NCBI GenBank assembly: GCA_003971905.1
Contig: RSEE01000001.1
Span: forward strand, 1,674,001-1,738,000
From: Moniliella sp. 'wahieum'
Lineage: Eukaryota
DNA: 64,000 nt
Reading direction: 5' to 3'
Shown here one piece after another: positions 58,088-64,000 of the stretch. Below the pieces are notes generated by a model. That model was not told where the DNA came from and ran no database searches. It saw nothing but the letters and a program-made list of their open reading frames with translations. How positions within the stretch are numbered: the first letter of the stretch is position 1; the number at the start of each line of letters is the position of its first letter. A program made the translations under genes and the position numbers.

Positions 58088-60142
58088 AGAGAGAGTATAG
58101 CAATCGCATCAGGACTCATGGCTCAGGTGCTAGGAGGCGGCCAGGGCTGTCCTTAGACTGGATATGTGGGCAGAGGGTTATAGAGACGGGACAGAGGAAG
58201 GTATGGGGGGGGGGGTTACATTCGGGTGCGATGCGAACTCTCCGTAACATACGGCCATTTTGGGACGGTATACCAAAAGAATTGCCCTTTTTGCATGCAC
58301 GTATCCTCGGGGAGGGAAGAATAATAAGTGTGAAATGCATCTGGCAGTCGCTAGATAGTATCCGGTCGACATCCAAAGGTGGGCGTATGCAGCCTACTAA
58401 GCCGCCCACGAACACAAAAAAGGGGGGGGCATCTTCTGCAGGTTGCGACCTTTCAACCGTCGGGGGGCGACGTTGCGTGTGGCCAATTGAAGGAACCATC
58501 TTAATGGACCAACTTTACAAACATGATCTTCTTCGCCAACCATGAAGAGGGGAATTTCCGTGTGGTGCCATGCCGACGACCCCGCGTAAGACCGGTACCG
58601 CTCTTGGATTGCTTCCGAGCTGTCGCTTGCAATGAGCCAAGGAAAGGCGACGGGGAGATAGAGGCTCCTTCCGGCTACCCATCATCTTCAGCCTGCTTCT
58701 ATCTCTTCGTGGGGCGCCGACCCGTACATGAAGAGAAAATGGGCGATCCGCTCGTGGTGGAATGAGAGGGCAATAAGGATTCAGATGTCTAGATGCCACC
58801 GTCCTGGGCTATGGTTTTATAGGAGCATGGCTTATCGGAACGCTGTTCGTCCGGGCAGCAACCAAAAAGGCACTGTCGACATCGGACATCTCTCAGTCTG
58901 CCTGGGTCGGTTGATGACCTGCCCGACCACAAGTGCGAGTGGTACGCCATGTAATACCGCGGCTCATCTTGACACTCATCATTTTGGATCGCATTCCACC
59001 AAAAGGCGCGGTCATTAAGGATCCGACGTACTCCAAGTTCAGTCTTGGCCTACATGGGCAGGCTGTAGATACTTGTACGGACGGGCACGGGCTTCCGGGT
59101 TATTCCGCCCCGGTTCCGTTCCCAGTCCGGCGGGTTCCGTCCTTTCTTCTCTTCAAGCTTCAAGCTTCATCCATCCATTTTCACCTTCTGTCTGCGCTGC
59201 GCCCGCACAATACTTCCAGAATATCGATCACCAGAACAGAACTGGCTCAAGTTATTCGTTATCTATCTCGCTGCAACTAGTAGTTAGAACACGTGTGACT
59301 CCGTCTATCGCGTATCGGGACCGACCGGGAGCGAGCGTCCGCACTGGGGGGAAACGGGAGATGGACGGGCACTTAAAAGATTACCGGCAGGAGCCGATCT
59401 GCATAGTAGGCGTCACCAACAGCATCGCGTGTATAGCGTACTGTGTGTAAGAAGTTGGACTGCGGAGTACTGATACGAAGGGCCGGTAGAGGCGGGTCCT
59501 ACCGCAGGTAGGGTGTTCTACCTCAGGCAGACTCAACGTACTCAGAACTCAGATCAGACCTCAGCTCCTCAGAAGCCATCACTAGTCACTGGTCGCCGTG
59601 GCTGGGCAGCGGGCATGGCATGGGCTGGAATGGATGATGCCGGGTTGCTTGGCTGGGGATGCCGGGGATGGGACATGGATACAGCGGCTGGACGGCTGGA
59701 CCGATGGGATGTTGGAAATGGTCCGAGCGGACATTTACTGGTTGCCTGGTATCATGGGACTGAGGCACGGGGGCAGTGTTTCCAATGGGCCGCCGGCCAC
59801 TCTCCCGTGGGGCGACTAGGAAGATTCGAGATTATTCCAGCCACGATTATCTCCGTTGGGAAGGCCTATGCTTATGACTGTTGTGGCTGGGGGCCAGCCC
59901 TGCGACAGACTGGGGTGACAGGCCGATTTAAAGCCAGCTCCCCCGGGGCCTGCCGCGCGTCTCTTCTCTCCCCCCACCCTCTGCCTCCTTCGACCTCGCC
60001 CTTGTCGTGACGCCGCGCTGCGCTTTTCCGCTTCCGCGTCATCCTTGAGCGACTAGTTGGTTCTTCCCGCCTCCCGCCACCGCCACCCCAGCCCCAGCCC
60101 CAGCCCCAGCCCAAGCCCCCTGATAACTTGCATCATCCCATC

Positions 60143-62109
60143 ATGGTACGTCCCCTCCCTCCACCCCGCACGCCCCACGTGCCCAGCTCAATGCTTACCC
60201 ATCCTTCGACCTGGCCAGTGCGGAATTCTCGGTTCGTGCTTCAACCCCGACTGCCGTTCGGCCCGTGGCCAAATGATTGCCATGTCGCGCCTCCTGCGCC
60301 ACCGTGGCCCCGACTGGAGCGGCGTCAAGGTCATTCCGGAAAAGTCGGGCTCGCAAGGCGACATTTTGTGCCACGAGCGTCTTGCCATTGTTGGCGTTGA
60401 CACGGGTGCCCAGCCGCTCGAGTCGGCTGACGGCAAGGTATTCCTTGCGGTCAACGGAGAGATCTACAACCATCGGCAACTGCGTCGTCACCTGCCCAAC
60501 CCGGATGCTGAGTTTGCCACTCACTCGGACTGCGAGGTGATTTTGCACATGTACCAACAGTCTGGCGGATCGACCGACTTTATCTCCAAGCTCGATGGCA
60601 TGTTTAGCTTTATCCTTGTTGACCGCTCTTATTCGCCTCACCGTGTCATTGCGGCGCGCGACCCGATTGGCATCACCACCCTCTACCAGGGCTGGTCGTG
60701 GAAGACGCCCGGAGCTGTGTACTTTGCTTCGGAGCTCAAGGCGATCCACAAGGAATGCGACCGCTTGCGTTCTTTCCCTCCCGGTCACTTTTGGGACTCG
60801 AGCCGTCCCAAGGGAGAGGAGACGGTGCAGTACTTCAACCCCGAGTGGATCAACGAGGATGGCGACGACTCGCCCGTGCCCACCACCCCTGCTGACCTGA
60901 AACTGATCCGGGAAACGCTGGAGAAGTCGGTCAAGAAGCGCCTCATGTCTGAGGTGCCCTACGGCGTGCTCTTGTCTGGTGGTCTGGACTCGTCGCTGAT
61001 TGCCGCGATTGGCCGCGAGACGGACAAGCTGGCTGAGCGCCAGTGGGAAGATGAAGCGTCAGCGGCACGAGACGAAGAAGCAGCGTCAAGAGGCAGTCGA
61101 GCATCCCAAGAAGTACATGGCTGTCGGTGTCGACGAGGAGACGATCCGGCTGGATCGACGATTGCCGCTTGGCCTCAGCTCCATTCCTTCTCCATTGGTC
61201 TGCCGGGCTCGCCTGACTTGATTGCCGCTCGTCAGGCGGCTGAGTTCCTCGGCACTCGGCACCACGAGTACACCTTCACTGTGCAGGAGGGACTGGATGC
61301 GATCTCGGATGTGATCTACCACCTCGAGACGTATGATGTGACGACGGTGCGTGCCTCGACACCCATGTACCTTCTTCGCGCAAGATCAAGGCCATGGGCG
61401 TCAAGATGGTGCTTTCGGGTGAAGGATCGGACGAGATCTTTGGTGGGTACCTCTACTTCCACGCTGCCCCCGATGCCGCCTCGTTCCACCACGAGACGGT
61501 GCGCCGTGTGAAGAACCTGCACACGGCCGACTGTCTGCGTGCCAACAGTCGACCATGGCGTGGGGCCTGGAGGCACGTGTGCCGTTTTTGGACAAGGAGT
61601 TCCTCCAGGTGGCCATGACGACCCGTCCGGAAGACAAGCAATTCTCCAAGGGCTCCTGCAGCAGAAGGATGCCGACGGCAAGCCCAAGATGGAGAAGTAC
61701 TTGCTGCGCAAGGCATTTGATGTGTCTGCGCTGCCGCCCGAGACGGACGCCAAGACGGGCGAGACGCGGCCTGCGCGGCCCTACTTGCCCGACTCGATTC
61801 TGTGGCGGCAAAAGGAACAGTTCTCCGACGGCGTGGGCTACTCGTGGATTGACGGGATGAAGGAGCATGCGGCCAAGGCCGTGTCGGACGCCAAGTTTGC
61901 CGAGCGCGCCGAGCGCTGGAGCCTGGACACTCCCGACACGAAGGAGGCGTACTGGATCCGCGAGGTGTTCGAGTCGTACTTCCCGTCCCAGGCGGCGGCC
62001 AAGACGGCGGTGCGCTGGTGCCGCGCGGCGACTGGGGCTGTGCCGCCGACCCCTCGGGCCGCGCGGTGCAGATCACGAGCAGGCATACGAGGAGGGCAAG
62101 AAGGCGTAG
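60143..62109 (+). CDS. ASN1: Glutamine-hydrolysing asparagine synthetase; intron 60146-60218 directly after the ATG
   Basis: M|CGI.., [91 protein letters not shown]. Confidence 0.96.
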
Positions 62110-62402
62110 ATCCGCATCTAGTTTTCTCCGATCGCTCGCCCTGTCCGGTCGCAATGTAATGCTGAATGGCGGCACAAGCCAGCCCAACTAGACACATCTG
62201 CTGCTATAGCCACTTCGCTTGAATAATCGAAGTCACCTACAACGCCATAGAGAAGAAGACGCGGCAGAAGGGCGGAATGGGCGGAACGAGGATGGGTTCT
62301 TCTAATGAGGCCTGAGGCCAGTGGCCACCGGCAGCCAGTCTCGCTCCCTTGCCTGCGTCTGTCCCTCTATCCCTCCACCACCGCCCCTGCCACTCGCCCG
62401 CC

Positions 62403-62832
62403 ATGGTCAGCCTCGGATCCTTCACCGGCAGCAGCAGCGCCAGCAGCGACGCAAAGCCCTCTCTGCCCAGCAGAAGGAGACCATCAAGGCGCAGGTCTCT
62501 GCCGAGCTTGCCATGGCCAACGCCCAAGAACTCATCGAAAAGGCCACGTACGTCCGCTTTCCTCTCCCTCGTCTGGCCACGCCCTGCCTGCCTCTGCCCC
62601 CCCTCCTGTCGCCCGCCCTTCGATCTGTGTGGCTAACCGGTTCCCCTGTGCGCGCTCTAGGCACAAGTGCTACGACAAGTGCGTCACTGCTCCTTCCACC
62701 TCGCTCAGCAGCAAGGAGGAGACCTGTCTCTCCCGCTGCCTCGAGCGCTACTTTGAGGCGTTCAACATTGTTTCCTCTACCTACATCCGCCGTGTGGCTG
62801 CAGAGCGCGCAGAGGTGGCCCAGACGCTTTAA
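62403..62832 (+). CDS. TIM13: Mitochondrial small Tim chaperone Tim13; intron about 62548-62660
   Basis: QVSAELAMANAQELI, twin CX3C (CYDKC...CLSRC), RYFEAFNIVSSTY..R. Confidence 0.9.
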
Positions 62833-64000
62833 GCGCTTCTATCCCACCTCCCAAGCTGTGCCAATCGATCCACATTGCTTGACCCCCTCCCCACTTCTTC
62901 CATAGACTCGCAACCGAGGCATCGCGTATCACCAGACATGCGGGACCAACGCACAGCATCGCCTCTAGCAGCCTCAACCCGCACCTCACCAATTCCTGGG
63001 ATCGGGGATCTATGCGTACCCCCGCTTTTGGTGCGGCGGGGCAGATGGTCCTTTGCTCGCGCCTCCATTCACCGCCGAGAAGAGACAACCGTTTCCACGC
63101 TCTAGTCCCGATACGAAAAGGGCAACGCTTAGGGTAGCAGAGGAGAGATGGAGGAACGGTGCACACAGTTGTTCACGTTTGATAAACCCCGATCTGGGTG
63201 CACTGTACGCCTGCTCTGTTGAAAACATGGCAAGCATCAATTGGTACCTGCCAGGAGCCTGTGGGCCCCAGAGCAGCTCGCCCTGCTCCGGCACTCATGT
63301 CCAGCGGTGGAAGCAGTTGTCTTTTCTTGTATGCAGGTAGGGTGGACTGCATCGAAAGGGAAAACGTGGAATAGGTCGAACGCAGGCACAGGGGACAGGT
63401 GCAGAAGATAGTGTGCTTACCTGTTGTCCCCACCTTCCCGCATCAGCTTCAGTCCGTCTCAAAAGGGCACCCTCCCGTGGTCCGTCGCCATGAAAAAGAG
63501 AAGCGGTGGAACCCCCCACAGATTGGAACGCTGAGCTCAGTGAGCGCTGCGCGATAACGCTCATCGATCCTCTCACCTGGAATGTCGCATGTCGTCTGTG
63601 TCGTCTGTCCCACGGTCGAGCGAGCACGGTTGATGTGGGCTGGGTCGGCCAACGCACAGCATCATCCAACCGTCCCGTGGGACGGGGGTGGCGGGAGCCA
63701 GAGCGGAAGCGCTGCGCGTGGACACTCCGAGTCGGAGGAGGCCAAGGCTGGCCAAGGCGGAGCGGCGAGCAGAGCAGCGAGTGGGTGTGGCCGGCATTGA
63801 AAGTTTGTAGTCGTGGGCGGTGGAACGTGGAACGTGGGGCTTGGCGGCTCGTAACGCGCGCCTTGGCTTGAAATGGAGGTGGAAGCTTGAGCTTGCTGCC
63901 CCACGCCTCCCACGGCTGCTATCCAGCAGACTCAGTACTCAGTTGCTCAGGCCAGCCGCCTGGCCAGCCGCCAGGCACAGACACCGGCACAGGCCCAGTC

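Noticed and set aside
55195..60050. Genes in the 5-kb flbA-ASN1 divergent interval
   Set aside because: Only short or GC-driven ORFs without recognisable domains; more simply a long regulatory region.
1..64000. Pervasive frameshifts read as mass pseudogenisation, programmed frameshifting or RNA editing
   Set aside because: They hit essential genes (FRS1, RPS10, TIM13) indiscriminately, are mostly single-base losses often in or beside short runs, and conserved residues are otherwise intact. This is typical uncorrected long-read error.

Overview
A GC-rich, intron-containing eukaryotic window, most likely a basidiomycete fungus (possibly Ustilaginomycotina; this is inferred from gene content and GTACGT/CTRAC/YAG splice signals). 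Nearly every gene, including essential ones, is broken by single-base indels. This looks like an unpolished long-read consensus, so gene models were stitched across frames by eye and their ends are approximate. Gene order: glucosylceramide synthase 3' end, CoA-binding protein, KH-domain RNA-binding protein, SIT4-associated (SAPS) protein, a candidate Zn-ribbon microprotein, a roughly 3 kb low-GC island, KRE6/SKN1, CRIPT, PUS1-type pseudouridine synthase, PheRS beta, an intron-containing tRNA-Gly(GCC), a Ser-Asp repeat protein, a cytochrome b5-domain protein, head-to-head RPS30/RPS10, a complete and very young Ty1/copia element (29064-34507, TSD CCATG), a hypothetical protein, SGT1/ecdysoneless, a Zn-knuckle ORF, two tandem intronless bacterial-type yghU genes, an FlbA-type RGS, asparagine synthetase and TIM13. 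Best leads: (1) a tandem yghU pair that looks horizontally acquired; (2) a gag-pol UAG readthrough cassette and a tandemly amplified central PPT in the copia element; (3) recurring intergenic arrays of strand-symmetric heptamers (6-bp A....T palindrome plus 1 nt) that share a geometry but not a sequence; (4) an SD-repeat protein with eight regularly spaced SIM-like motifs; (5) a long hairpin in an RPS30 intron that splits the start codon.
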